From: Planctomycetota bacterium
GTDB lineage: Bacteria > Planctomycetota > UBA8108 > SXIK01
Reading direction: 5' to 3'
Assembly (NCBI GenBank): GCA_965223845.1
Contig: CBDCXR010000004.1
Span: forward strand, 2,912,001-2,976,000
DNA: 64,000 bases
Positions 38,269 to 48,349 of the stretch are shown here, piece after piece (position 1 is the stretch's first letter; each line of letters starts with the position of its first letter). Position numbers and translations under genes: made by a program. Under the pieces are notes generated by a model, which saw only the letters and a list, made by a program, of their open reading frames with translations, was not told the DNA's origin and did no database searches.

Positions 38269-41200
38269 ATGTACCGCAAGATCGCCCTTCCGCTCTCGTT
38301 CGCGGTCCTTCTCGCCGGCGTAATTCGCGCTGACGACGAAGGGCGTCCCGCGCCCGACTTCAACCGCGACGTGCGGCCGATCCTGTCGGACCGCTGCTTC
38401 AAGTGCCACGGCCCGGATGAGGACGATCGACAGGCCGGGCTCCGTCTCGACGTCCGCTCCGCGGCGACCGCGAAGGACGGCGGGCGCGCAGCCATCTCTC
38501 CGGGAAGCCCGGAGACCAGCGAGGTGTATCGGCGGATCACCTCCGCCGACCCGGATGAGCGCATGCCGCCCCCCGAATCGAAGCTTCGCCTCACTGCAGA
38601 GGAGGTCGACATCCTTCGGCGGTGGATCGAGGCCGGCGCCGAGTACGATGCCCATTGGGCGTTTCGGGCGGCCTCCGACGTGACGCCACCGAGTCCGTCC
38701 GGGATTCCGGCGCACTGGACCGAGAGCGCGATCGATCGTTTCGTGTACGGGAAGATCGCCGAGCGGAACTGGGCTCCCCGCCCGGAAGCCTCACGCGAAC
38801 GCTTGATCCGCCGGCTATCGTTCGATCTGAACGGTCTCCCGCCGACACCGGAGGAAGTCGCGGCCTTCGTCGCCGATCCGGGACCCGACGCGTACGAGAA
38901 GCTCGTCGATCGCCTTCTCGCATCACCGAGATACGGCGAACGGATGACCGCCAACTGGCTCGACGTGTCCCGCTACGCCGACTCGTACGGATTTCAAGTC
39001 GACCGCGACCGCTTCGTGTGGCCCTGGCGCGACTGGGTGATTCGAGCGTTCAACGACAACCTCCCGTTCGACGAGTTCATCACTTGGCAGCTCGCGGGAG
39101 ACCTCCTCCCCGACGCGAGTGACGATCAGATCCTCGCGACCCTCTTTAATCGACTCCACTCACAGAAGACCGAGGGCGGAAGCGTGCCGGAGGAATTCCG
39201 GGTGGAATACGTCGCCGACCGCCTGCACACCTTCGGCACCGCGTTCCTGGGCCTCACTCTCGAGTGTGCGCGTTGCCACAGTCACAAGTTCGATCCCATC
39301 TCGACGAAGGAGTACTACCAGCTCTTCGCGTTTTTCAATCAGATCGACGAGGCCGGACTCTACGCGTTCTTCGGAAACTCCGTTCCGACACCGACGCTGA
39401 AGCTCGCGAGCGACGCACAGAAGCGGGAGATCGCGCGCATTGAGGAGGAGATCCGAGCCGCCGAGGCGGAGCTGGAAGCGGTCGCGGAAAGCCGTCGCGC
39501 GCCATTCGAGAGCTGGCTCGACGTGCGACCGGACACCGCACCGCCGCGTGGGCTCCTCGCTCATCACTCGTTCGACGAGCTGCTCGAGTCCCGGAAGGTA
39601 GCCAATCTGGCGGACCCAGCGAAACCGGTGTCCATCTCGCGAAACGAGCTCGTCCCGGGCCGGCACGGCAGCGCGGTCCGGCTGACCGGCGACGACGCGG
39701 TCGGCCTGGGGGTCGGCAACTTTCCGCGCTATCAACCGTTCTCCATCGCGCTTTGGCTCCGCAGCTCTGACCACAAGGAACGAGCGGTCATTTTTCACCG
39801 TTCGCGCGCGTGGACGGACTCGGGCAGCCGCGGCTACCAACTCCTCCTCGAGGACGGTCGTCCGAGCGCGTCGTTGATCCACTTCTGGCCGGGAAACGCG
39901 CTGCGCGTTCGGACTCGCGCGGCGGTCGAGCCCGGACGCTGGACGCACGTCGCGATGACGTACGACGGCTCGAGCCGGGCGGACGGTCTCAAAATCTACG
40001 TCGACGGCGAGCTCGCTCCGACCGATGTCGTCCGCGACAAGCTGACGAAGAACATCACCGGCACGGGCGGCGACACCATCGCGATCGGCGAACGCTTTCG
40101 CGACCGCGGCTTCAAGGATGGCGAAGTCGACGAGTTCTACGTCTTTGAGCGCGAGATGACTCCGCTCGAGATCGCGCAGCTCTACGACGGCGATCGACTC
40201 AAGGCGGTGCTCCAGCGCCCGCGCGCGGAGCTCGCACCGGCCGAACGGAGCGGACTGTTCGCGTATTTTCTCCACGCCTTCGACGAACCGTTTCGCGCGA
40301 AGCTCGCCGTCGTGCGCTCCAAGCGCGAAGCGCGCAGCAAGGCCGTCGACGGACTGCGCGAGCTGATGGTGATGCGCGAGCTCGTTCCGCCGCGGAAGAC
40401 GTTCGTCCTCGAACGCGGACACTACGCTTCACCTACCGAGGAGGTGAACGCGGGCACTCCCGCGGTGTTCCCACCGCTCGGAGATTCGGATCGCGGGGGC
40501 GAGCCGAATCGTCTCGACCTCGCGAAGTGGCTCACGCGGCCCGACCATCCGCTCACGGCACGCGTCACCGTCAATCGGATCTGGCAGCTCTTCTTCGGCT
40601 CAGGACTCGTCGCCACGGCGGAAGATTTCGGAAGCCAGGGAGCACTCCCGTCTCATCCGGCGCTTCTCGACTGGCTCGCGCGGCGGTTCGTAGAGAGCGA
40701 CTGGGACGTCAAGGCGCTCGTGAGGACGATAGTTCTCTCCGCGACATATCGACAGGATTCGACGGCGGACCGAGAGGCGTATCGTGCCGACCCCGACAAC
40801 CGCTGGCTCGCGCGCGGACCGCGCTACCGCCTTCCGGCGGAGATGATCCGCGACAACGCCCTCGCGGTGAGCGGGCTCCTCGTCGAGCGCATCGGCGGCG
40901 CCCCGGTGAAGCCCTACGAGGTCGCAGTTTCATTTAAGCCGGTCGCGCGAGGGAAGGGAGACGATCTCTACCGCCGGAGTGTCTACACGTACTGGAAGCG
41001 CACGGCGCCGGCGCCGTCGATGCTCGCCCTCGATGCGGTGAAGCGAGAGGTCTGCTCGGTCAAACGCGAGACGACTGCGTCCCCACTTCAGGCGCTCGTC
41101 CTTCTGAATGATCCGCAGTTCGTCGAGGCGGCGCGGGTTACCGCCGAGCGAGTCGAGCGGATGGGTGGAAGCGTCGAGGAGAAGATCACTCGTCTCTTCG

Positions 41201-41424
41201 TGCTCGCAACCAGCCGATTCCCGGCGGCGCGCGAGCTCGAGATCCTTCACCGACTCTACGACGAAGAGCTCGCGGCGTTTCAGGCCGAGCCGAAGCGGGC
41301 GCGCGAGTTTCGCAGCAACGGCGAAGCCCCCGCTGACGACACCTTAGACCCACCGAGGGTCGCGGCTCTCGGAGTCGTCGCGTCGAGTCTCCTCAGCTAC
41401 GATGAGTGCGTGATCAAACGCTGA
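38269..41424 (+). CDS. Planctomycete cytochrome c / DUF1549 / LamG-like / DUF1553 protein
   Basis: DFNRDVRPILSDRCFKCHGPD, LIRRLSFDLNGLPPT, YGER...WLD..RYAD, CARCH, LamG-like insert (WTHVAMTYDGS), HPLTARV.VNR.WQ, PSHPALLDWLA. Confidence 0.93.
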   Translation: MYRKIALPLSFAVLLAGVIRADDEGRPAPDFNRDVRPILSDRCFKCHGPDEDDRQAGLRLDVRSAATAKDGGRAAISPGSPETSEVYRRITSADPDERMPPPESKLRLTAEEVDILRRWIEAGAEYDAHWAFRAASDVTPPSPSGIPAHWTESAIDRFVYGKIAERNWAPRPEASRERLIRRLSFDLNGLPPTPEEVAAFVADPGPDAYEKLVDRLLASPRYGERMTANWLDVSRYADSYGFQVDRDRFVWPWRDWVIRAFNDNLPFDEFITWQLAGDLLPDASDDQILATLFNRLHSQKTEGGSVPEEFRVEYVADRLHTFGTAFLGLTLECARCHSHKFDPISTKEYYQLFAFFNQIDEAGLYAFFGNSVPTPTLKLASDAQKREIARIEEEIRAAEAELEAVAESRRAPFESWLDVRPDTAPPRGLLAHHSFDELLESRKVANLADPAKPVSISRNELVPGRHGSAVRLTGDDAVGLGVGNFPRYQPFSIALWLRSSDHKERAVIFHRSRAWTDSGSRGYQLLLEDGRPSASLIHFWPGNALRVRTRAAVEPGRWTHVAMTYDGSSRADGLKIYVDGELAPTDVVRDKLTKNITGTGGDTIAIGERFRDRGFKDGEVDEFYVFEREMTPLEIAQLYDGDRLKAVLQRPRAELAPAERSGLFAYFLHAFDEPFRAKLAVVRSKREARSKAVDGLRELMVMRELVPPRKTFVLERGHYASPTEEVNAGTPAVFPPLGDSDRGGEPNRLDLAKWLTRPDHPLTARVTVNRIWQLFFGSGLVATAEDFGSQGALPSHPALLDWLARRFVESDWDVKALVRTIVLSATYRQDSTADREAYRADPDNRWLARGPRYRLPAEMIRDNALAVSGLLVERIGGAPVKPYEVAVSFKPVARGKGDDLYRRSVYTYWKRTAPAPSMLALDAVKREVCSVKRETTASPLQALVLLNDPQFVEAARVTAERVERMGGSVEEKITRLFVLATSRFPAARELEILHRLYDEELAAFQAEPKRAREFRSNGEAPADDTLDPPRVAALGVVASSLLSYDECVIKR

Positions 41425-41443
41425 AGCCACGAAGTCGAAAACG

Positions 41444-42931
41444 ATGAACGCGAACTGCACCGGATTCGAAAACACGGCGAACTGGAGTCGTCGGCGGTTC
41501 CTGAACCAATTCGCCGGCGGCCTCGGAGGATTGGCGCTCGCCGATCTCGCGGGGTCGACGCTGCGCGCAGCGCCGGCGGCCGCGGACGCGCCTCGCGGAG
41601 GAATCCTCGGGGCTCCGCACGGGTCGCCGGCGGCGAAGCGAATCATTTACCTCTTTCAGAGCGGCGGTCCGTCGCAGATGGACCTCTTCGATCACAAGCC
41701 GCTCCTCAATCAGCTCCACGGAACGGAGCTCCCCGACTCCGTGCGCGCCGGCCAGCGCCTCACCGCGATGTCGGGAAACCAAGCGAGTCTTCCGCTCGCC
41801 GGTTCGCCGTTTCCGTTCCATCGCCACGGCGAATCAGGAGCGTGGATGAGCGATCTCCTTCCGCACACTGCCGGCGTCGCCGACGAGCTCTGCATCATCC
41901 CTTCGATGTACACCGAGGCGATCAACCACGGTCCCGGCGTCACGTTCATGCAAACGGGTTCGCAGATTCCGGGGCGTCCGAGCTTCGGCGCGTGGCTCGA
42001 CTACGGGCTCGGCTCGACGAACGAGAATCTTCCGTCCTTCGTCGTCCTCATCACGAAGAACAAAGGCGGCCAACCGCTCGTCTCGCGCCTGTGGGGAAAC
42101 GGCTTTCTGCCGTCTCGTCACCAAGGAGTTCGATTCCGCTCGGGCAAGGACCCGGTGCTCTACATCGGGAATCCGGCGGGAATCGACCGCGCCAGTCGCC
42201 GTCGCCTCCTCGACCGACTGCGCGAGTTGCACGAAAACGAACTCGAATCGACGCCGGACGCGCTCATCGACGCTCGCATCGCGCAGTACGAGATGGCGTT
42301 TCGGATGCAGTCCTCCGTCCCCGAGGTCACGGACCTCGCGAGTGAGCCGCCATCGACGTTCGCTCTCTACGGCGAGGAGGCGCGAAACGCGGGAAGTTTC
42401 GCGGCGAACTGTCTCCTCGCCCGGCGTCTCGCCGAGCGCGGCGTTCGATTCATCCAGCTCTACCACCAGGGCTGGGACCAGCACGGTGGGCTGCCGCGCG
42501 GAATTCAAACTCAGTGCCGTGAGACCGATCGCGCGTCCGCCGCGCTCGTCGCCGACCTCAAGCAGCGGGGGTTGCTCGACGACACTCTCGTCGTCTGGGG
42601 CGGCGAGTTCGGAAGGACGAACTACTGTCAAGGGCGATTGACGGCGAACGACTTCGGTCGCGACCATCACCCGCGATGCTTCTCGATCTGGATCGCGGGC
42701 GGCGGCATTCGCGCGGGGACGACGTACGGACGGACCGATGACTTCGGCTACAACGTGGTCGAAAACGGCGTCCACGTGCACGACTTCCACGCGACGCTTC
42801 TCCACCTTCTCGGCATCGACCACGAGCGACTCACCTACCGGTTCCAGGGGCGTCGCTTCCGCCTGACGGACGTGCACGGACACGTGGTTCGAGACATCCT
42901 CGCCGACCCGTCGCGCGGAGCGCTCGCGTGA
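41444..42931 (+). CDS. DUF1501 family (sulfatase-like) Tat-exported protein
   Basis: SRRRFL; IYLFQSGGPSQMDLFD.KP; ARRLAERGVRF; GWDQH; WGGEFGRT; GRDHHP; LGIDHERLT. Confidence 0.93.
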   Translation: MNANCTGFENTANWSRRRFLNQFAGGLGGLALADLAGSTLRAAPAAADAPRGGILGAPHGSPAAKRIIYLFQSGGPSQMDLFDHKPLLNQLHGTELPDSVRAGQRLTAMSGNQASLPLAGSPFPFHRHGESGAWMSDLLPHTAGVADELCIIPSMYTEAINHGPGVTFMQTGSQIPGRPSFGAWLDYGLGSTNENLPSFVVLITKNKGGQPLVSRLWGNGFLPSRHQGVRFRSGKDPVLYIGNPAGIDRASRRRLLDRLRELHENELESTPDALIDARIAQYEMAFRMQSSVPEVTDLASEPPSTFALYGEEARNAGSFAANCLLARRLAERGVRFIQLYHQGWDQHGGLPRGIQTQCRETDRASAALVADLKQRGLLDDTLVVWGGEFGRTNYCQGRLTANDFGRDHHPRCFSIWIAGGGIRAGTTYGRTDDFGYNVVENGVHVHDFHATLLHLLGIDHERLTYRFQGRRFRLTDVHGHVVRDILADPSRGALA

Positions 42932-45414
42932 ACTCGTACCACCGAGTCCTGAACCGTGTCGTGCTGGGAGCGATCCTCGCTCTCGGCCCGCCGTCGCTCA
43001 CCGGCGCGGATTCGATCGACTTCAATCGTGAGATCCGCCCGCTCCTTGCCGACGCGTGCTTCGAGTGTCACGGCCCCGACGCGAAGACTCGACGGGCGAA
43101 GCTGAGACTCGACACGCGGGAGGGACTCTTCCGGACGCGAGACGGAGTCGCCGTCGTCGCGCCGGGAAAGAGCGGAGAGAGCGAGCTCCTCCGGCGCGTC
43201 AGAAGCACGGATCCAGACGAACAGATGCCTCCGCCCGACGCGCGGCGCCGACTCTCCGCCGAAGAGATCGAGCGGCTACGACGCTGGATCGACAGCGGCG
43301 CCGACTGGCGCGGACACTGGGCGTTCATCCCACCCGAGCGTCCCGAGCTGCCGACGGTCCGCGACGGCGGCTGGCCGCAGAACCCCATCGATCACTTCGT
43401 CCTCGCCCGCCTCGAACGCGAAGGGCTCGAGCCCTCGCCGCGCGCCGAGCGCGAGATTCTCCTTCGGCGTGTGACTCTCGACCTGACCGGCCTCCCGCCC
43501 ACTCCCGAAGAGATCGACGCCTTTCTCGACGACTCTTCGCCCTACGCGTACGAGCTCGCCGTCGAACGCCTGCTGGCTTCACCGCGCTACGGCGAGCGCA
43601 TGGTTTGGGAATGGCTCGACGCCGCCCGCTACGCCGACTCGAACGGGTATCAATCCGACCCCGAGCGCACGATGTGGCCATGGCGAGATTGGGCCGTCAA
43701 CGCGCTCAACACGAATCTTCCCTTCGACGAGTTCACCGTAGAGCAGCTCGCGGGCGATCAGATTCCCGACGCCCGCCCGGATCAGATCATGGCGACGGGA
43801 TTCCATCGCAATCACATGCACAACGGCGAGGGTGGCCGCATCGCGGAGGAGACCCGGGTCGAAAACGTGATCGACCGCACCGAGACGACCGCGACGGTCT
43901 GGCTGGGCCTCACTCTCACCTGCGCGCGCTGTCACGACCACAAGTACGATCCCGTCACTCAACGCGAGTACTACCAGCTCTACGCGTTTTTCAACCGCTG
44001 CTCGGAGAACGGCGGCGGAAGAGGCGGACAGATGGCACCGGCCATCGCGTACCGCTCCCCCGAGTACCTCGAGCTGCGGAAACGCGCGGACCGGCGCATA
44101 GCGGAGCTCACCGCAGAGCTCGTCGCCGAGGAGAGCGAACTCTTCACCGGGAGCGGCGCGGATCTACCAGACGAAGCGAAAGCGGGCCTTGCGCGCGAGC
44201 CGGGAAAGCGGAGCGACAAGGAAATCGAGCTCCTCGTCGCGGCGGCGGGCGAGCGCGCGAAGGGTGGCTACGCCGATCGACTTCGCGCGGTGCGAAAGGA
44301 AGCGAACGAGAGGGAAAACGCCGAGAAGCGTCTTCCGAAGGTCATGGTCCTCGACGACGCGAAGCCGCGCGAGACCGCGATCCTCGCCATGGGGCTCTAC
44401 AACCAGCCCGGAGAGAAGGTGCCCGCCGGAGTCCCCGCCGCGCTTCCGCCGCTTCCAGACGGAACCACTCCGAACCGTCTTGCGCTCGCGCGCTGGCTCG
44501 TCGATCCGCAGCATCCGCTCACCGCACGAGTCACGGTGAACCGATACTGGCAGACGTTTTTCGGCGTTGGGCTCGTCGCGACGCCAGAGGATTTTGGTGC
44601 GCAGGGCGAACGTCCATCCCACCCTGAGCTTCTCGATTGGCTCGCGCGCGAGTTCGTCGACTCCGGGTGGGACGTGAAACGGCTCCACCGCCTGATCGTA
44701 ACGAGTTCGACGTACATGCAGAGCTCGAAGCGTCGGAGCGACGCCGGGCGAGGCGCGACCGATCCGACGAACCGCCTTCTCAGCCGAGGCCCGCGCTATC
44801 GACTCCCCTCGTGGATGATCCGCGACCAAGCGCTCTTTGTGAGCGGCCTCCTCACACCGCGGTTCGGCGGAGCTCCGGTGAAGCCGTACCAGCCGGCGGG
44901 AGTTTGGGCGGAGGCCACGTTCGGGAAGAAGCGCTACTCTCCCGACGCCGGCGACAAGCTCTATCGACGGAGCCTCTACACGTTCTGGCGGCGCATCATC
45001 GGCCCCACGATGTTCTTCGATGTCACGCCGCGCCAAACGTGCACCGTGAACACCTCGCGCACGAACACACCGCTCCACGCGCTCATCACGCTGAACGACG
45101 TCACCTACGTCGAAGCTTCGCGGGCGCTCGCCGAGCGCGTCCTACGGGAAAAACACCCTTCGACGCGTGAACGCATCGCGCGCGCCTTCCGCCTCGTCAC
45201 GGGCCGGACGCCGGAGCTCCGGGAGCGCGAAATCCTGAGTCGCCGTCTCGCGGTGCTCGCCGAGAGGTTCCGCGAGAACCCCGCGGCCGCGAAGGAGCTC
45301 CTCAGCGCCGGCGCGTCGCCTCGCGACGAATCGCTCGACCTCACGCAGCACGCGGCGTTCGCCGCGCTCGCGACGGTGATTCTCAATCTCGACGAAACGC
45401 TCAGCAAGCAATGA
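42928..45414 (+). CDS. Planctomycete cytochrome c / DUF1549 / DUF1553 protein
   Basis: CFECHGPD, CARCHDHKYDP, PSHPELLDWLA, TNTPLHAL. Overlaps the previous stop (GTGA). Confidence 0.93.
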   Translation: MNSYHRVLNRVVLGAILALGPPSLTGADSIDFNREIRPLLADACFECHGPDAKTRRAKLRLDTREGLFRTRDGVAVVAPGKSGESELLRRVRSTDPDEQMPPPDARRRLSAEEIERLRRWIDSGADWRGHWAFIPPERPELPTVRDGGWPQNPIDHFVLARLEREGLEPSPRAEREILLRRVTLDLTGLPPTPEEIDAFLDDSSPYAYELAVERLLASPRYGERMVWEWLDAARYADSNGYQSDPERTMWPWRDWAVNALNTNLPFDEFTVEQLAGDQIPDARPDQIMATGFHRNHMHNGEGGRIAEETRVENVIDRTETTATVWLGLTLTCARCHDHKYDPVTQREYYQLYAFFNRCSENGGGRGGQMAPAIAYRSPEYLELRKRADRRIAELTAELVAEESELFTGSGADLPDEAKAGLAREPGKRSDKEIELLVAAAGERAKGGYADRLRAVRKEANERENAEKRLPKVMVLDDAKPRETAILAMGLYNQPGEKVPAGVPAALPPLPDGTTPNRLALARWLVDPQHPLTARVTVNRYWQTFFGVGLVATPEDFGAQGERPSHPELLDWLAREFVDSGWDVKRLHRLIVTSSTYMQSSKRRSDAGRGATDPTNRLLSRGPRYRLPSWMIRDQALFVSGLLTPRFGGAPVKPYQPAGVWAEATFGKKRYSPDAGDKLYRRSLYTFWRRIIGPTMFFDVTPRQTCTVNTSRTNTPLHALITLNDVTYVEASRALAERVLREKHPSTRERIARAFRLVTGRTPELREREILSRRLAVLAERFRENPAAAKELLSAGASPRDESLDLTQHAAFAALATVILNLDETLSKQ

Positions 45415-46880
45415 CCGAGCCCACCCCTCTCCACGACCGGCGCCTCGACGTCACCCGCCGTCACTTTTTCGGACGCGCGGCGAGCGGTATCGGTACGGCC
45501 GCGCTCGCGACTCTACTCGCCCGGGACCTCGACGGCGCAACGTCCGGCGCGGAGAGCCCGCTCGGGAAAAGCGTGCGCCAGTTCGCACCGCGGGCGAAGC
45601 GCGTCATCTACCTCTTTCAGAACGGCGCGCCGACCCACGTCGATCTCTACGACTACAAACCCAAGCTGCGTGAGTGGCACGGTCGACAGATCCCGCCCGA
45701 AATCCAGGCGGGTCGCCGTCTGAGCACCATGACGAGCGGACAGACCAGTCGCCCGCTTCTCGGCGAGGTCACGCGCTTTTCGCAGCATGGCGAGAGCGGC
45801 GCCTGGGTGAACAGCTTCATGCCCCACATCGCCGGCATCGCCGACGACCTCTGCTTCGTCAAGAGTCTCCACACCGAGCAGGTGAATCACGCGCCGGCGA
45901 TCACGTTCTTCCTCACCGGCGCCGAGATCGTCGGTCGACCGAGCATGGGCGCATGGCTCACCTACGGCCTCGGAAGCGACTCGGAGGATCTGCCGGGGTT
46001 CGTCGTCATGACGTCGCGCGATCGCGAGGCGTCCTGCGGGCAGATCTTCTACGACTACTACTGGGGAAGTGGATTCCTCCCGACAAAGTTCCAAGGCGTG
46101 AAGTTTCGGGGGAGCGGCGATCCGGTGCTCTACCTCTCGAGTCCGCGCGGGCTCGACCGGCGCATGCGGCGCGATCTGCTGGACGACATCGCCGAGCTGA
46201 ACGAGCTCAACCTCGCACGCTTCGGCGACCCGGAGATCGCGACCCGCATCGCCCAGTACGAGATGGCCTATCGCATGCAGGCGTCCGTGCCCGAGCTCAC
46301 GGATCTCTCGACGGAACCGCGGCACATCCTCGACATGTACGGCCCAGACGTCGAGCGGAAGGGATCGTTCGCTTACAACTGTCTGATGGCGCGGCGCCTC
46401 GCCGAGCGGGGAGTTCGTTTCGTGCAGCTCATGCACGCGGGCTGGGACCAGCACAACAACCTCAACCACCAGCTCGAGGTTCAGTGCCGCGACACGGACG
46501 CGCCATCCGCCGCCCTCGTCGCCGATCTCAAGCAGCGCGGTCTCCTCGACGAAACGCTCGTGGTTTGGGGCGGCGAATTCGGACGCACGCCGTTCCTCCA
46601 GGGAAAGATCGCGGACACCAAGCGCTGGGGCCGCGATCACCACCCGTACGCGTTCACGATCTGGATGGCCGGCGGCGGAATCCGTGCGGGCACGTCCTAC
46701 GGCGAGTCGGACGAGTTCGGGTACAACGTCGCGAAGGACCCGGTGCACGTCCACGACTTTCAGGCGACGGTGCTCCATCTTCTCGGCATCGATCACGAGC
46801 GGCTGACGTTCAAGTACCAGGGTCGGCACTTCCGGCTGACGGATGTGCACGGTCGCGTCGTGCGAGAGATTCTGGGGTGA
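45411..46880 (+). CDS. DUF1501 family (sulfatase-like) Tat-exported protein
   Basis: TRRHFF; IYLFQNGAPTHVDLYD.KP; GWDQH; WGGEFGRTP; GRDHHP. ATGA overlap with the previous gene. Confidence 0.93.
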   Translation: MTEPTPLHDRRLDVTRRHFFGRAASGIGTAALATLLARDLDGATSGAESPLGKSVRQFAPRAKRVIYLFQNGAPTHVDLYDYKPKLREWHGRQIPPEIQAGRRLSTMTSGQTSRPLLGEVTRFSQHGESGAWVNSFMPHIAGIADDLCFVKSLHTEQVNHAPAITFFLTGAEIVGRPSMGAWLTYGLGSDSEDLPGFVVMTSRDREASCGQIFYDYYWGSGFLPTKFQGVKFRGSGDPVLYLSSPRGLDRRMRRDLLDDIAELNELNLARFGDPEIATRIAQYEMAYRMQASVPELTDLSTEPRHILDMYGPDVERKGSFAYNCLMARRLAERGVRFVQLMHAGWDQHNNLNHQLEVQCRDTDAPSAALVADLKQRGLLDETLVVWGGEFGRTPFLQGKIADTKRWGRDHHPYAFTIWMAGGGIRAGTSYGESDEFGYNVAKDPVHVHDFQATVLHLLGIDHERLTFKYQGRHFRLTDVHGRVVREILG

Positions 46881-47043
46881 CCTTCCATTCTCCGGGGAAG
46901 AGATGCACTCGAAGGTGGCGACGTGCACGCGAAGGAAGACGAAGAGAGACGATTTAGCTCTAGGAGCTCGTGTGAACCTCTTGTCCGAGGATCGCGGGAG
47001 CGAATAGTCTGAACGCCGGCGCCACGCCGAACGGGAGATCACG

Positions 47044-48264
47044 ATGCCCTCACGCAAAGAACTCACCCGCCGCCGCTTCCTCGCGAGCTCAGCGATCGCC
47101 GCTGGAGTCGCGCCGCTCTTCGCCCCGTCGACCGTTTTCGGCGCCAACGATCGCATCGCGATGGCGAGCATTGGAGTCGGCAGCCGCGGCCGCGGCGACA
47201 TGGCCGGACTGCTGGGGTTTCCCGAAGTTCGCATGCTCGCGGTGTGCGATGTGGTGAGAAGCCATCGCGACAACGCGAAGAGCATGGTCGACCGTCGCTA
47301 CGGCAACTCCGATTGCACCGCGGTGACCGATTTTCGTGAGCTCGTCCATCGACGGGACATCGACGCAGTCATGATCGCGACGCCCGACCACTGGCACGCG
47401 CTCATCGCGATCGAGGCGATGAAACACGGAAAGGACGTCTTCTGCGAGAAACCCGAATCGCTCACGGTCCGGGAGGGGCGCGCGATGGTCGATGCCGCGC
47501 GTCGATACGGCCGAGTGTTCTCGGGTGGCAGCCAGAGAGTGTGGGGCGACTACAACTGGTTTCACCGCATGGTGCGCGGCGGGGAGATCGGAGAAGTGCG
47601 AGAAGCTTGGGTCAACGTCGGCGGTCCCTCCGGCCCGTGCCACTTGCCGGCCGTACCCACACCGGACGGGGTCGACTGGAACCTGTGGCTCGGCCCGGCG
47701 CCGGCGCGCCCCTTTCACCCGACGCTCATCCGCGGCGGCTTCCGTCCCTACCGCGACTACTCGGGCGGCGGGATGACCGATTGGGGCTGCCACGGATTCG
47801 GCGGCGCGCTCTTCACCTGCGGTCTCCACGAGACGGGACCGGTCGAGATCATTCCGCCCGACGGCGATGAATTCCCGCAGCTCACCTACCGATTCGCGAA
47901 CGGAGTTCGCATCTACCACGGCGGCGGGTGGGGTGGCCTTCTCTCGTTCCGCGGCACGGAGGGCGAGCTTCCCGAGCGCGACCCGAAAAAGCGCGGCGCC
48001 GAGCCGCCGGCGATCCACATTCCGAACTACAAGGGTCGCGGCGGTCTCCTCGGCGACTTCGTGCACTGCGTGAAAACGCGCGAGCTGCCGTTCCGCGACA
48101 TCGAGATCGCCCACCGGACGGCGACTCACTGTCACCTCGGAAACATCGCGTATTGGCTGCGGCGGACCATCCGCTGGAATCCGGAGAAGGAAGAGATCAT
48201 CGGCGATCCAGAAGCGTCGCGCTGGCTCGGTCGACCCATGCGCGAACCGTGGTCACTCGGCTGA
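47044..48264 (+). CDS. Tat-exported Gfo/Idh/MocA oxidoreductase
   Basis: TRRRFL; IGVGSRG; ATPDHWH; FCEKP; WLGPAP; DWGCH. Confidence 0.92.
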   Translation: MPSRKELTRRRFLASSAIAAGVAPLFAPSTVFGANDRIAMASIGVGSRGRGDMAGLLGFPEVRMLAVCDVVRSHRDNAKSMVDRRYGNSDCTAVTDFRELVHRRDIDAVMIATPDHWHALIAIEAMKHGKDVFCEKPESLTVREGRAMVDAARRYGRVFSGGSQRVWGDYNWFHRMVRGGEIGEVREAWVNVGGPSGPCHLPAVPTPDGVDWNLWLGPAPARPFHPTLIRGGFRPYRDYSGGGMTDWGCHGFGGALFTCGLHETGPVEIIPPDGDEFPQLTYRFANGVRIYHGGGWGGLLSFRGTEGELPERDPKKRGAEPPAIHIPNYKGRGGLLGDFVHCVKTRELPFRDIEIAHRTATHCHLGNIAYWLRRTIRWNPEKEEIIGDPEASRWLGRPMREPWSLG

Positions 48265-48349
48265 CGCGCCGCGACGACCTTCGTCGTTCGAAGCGCGCGG
48301 ACGGATCTCGAGCGACTCGGGGACACATCGAACGCGAGGCATTCGTACC

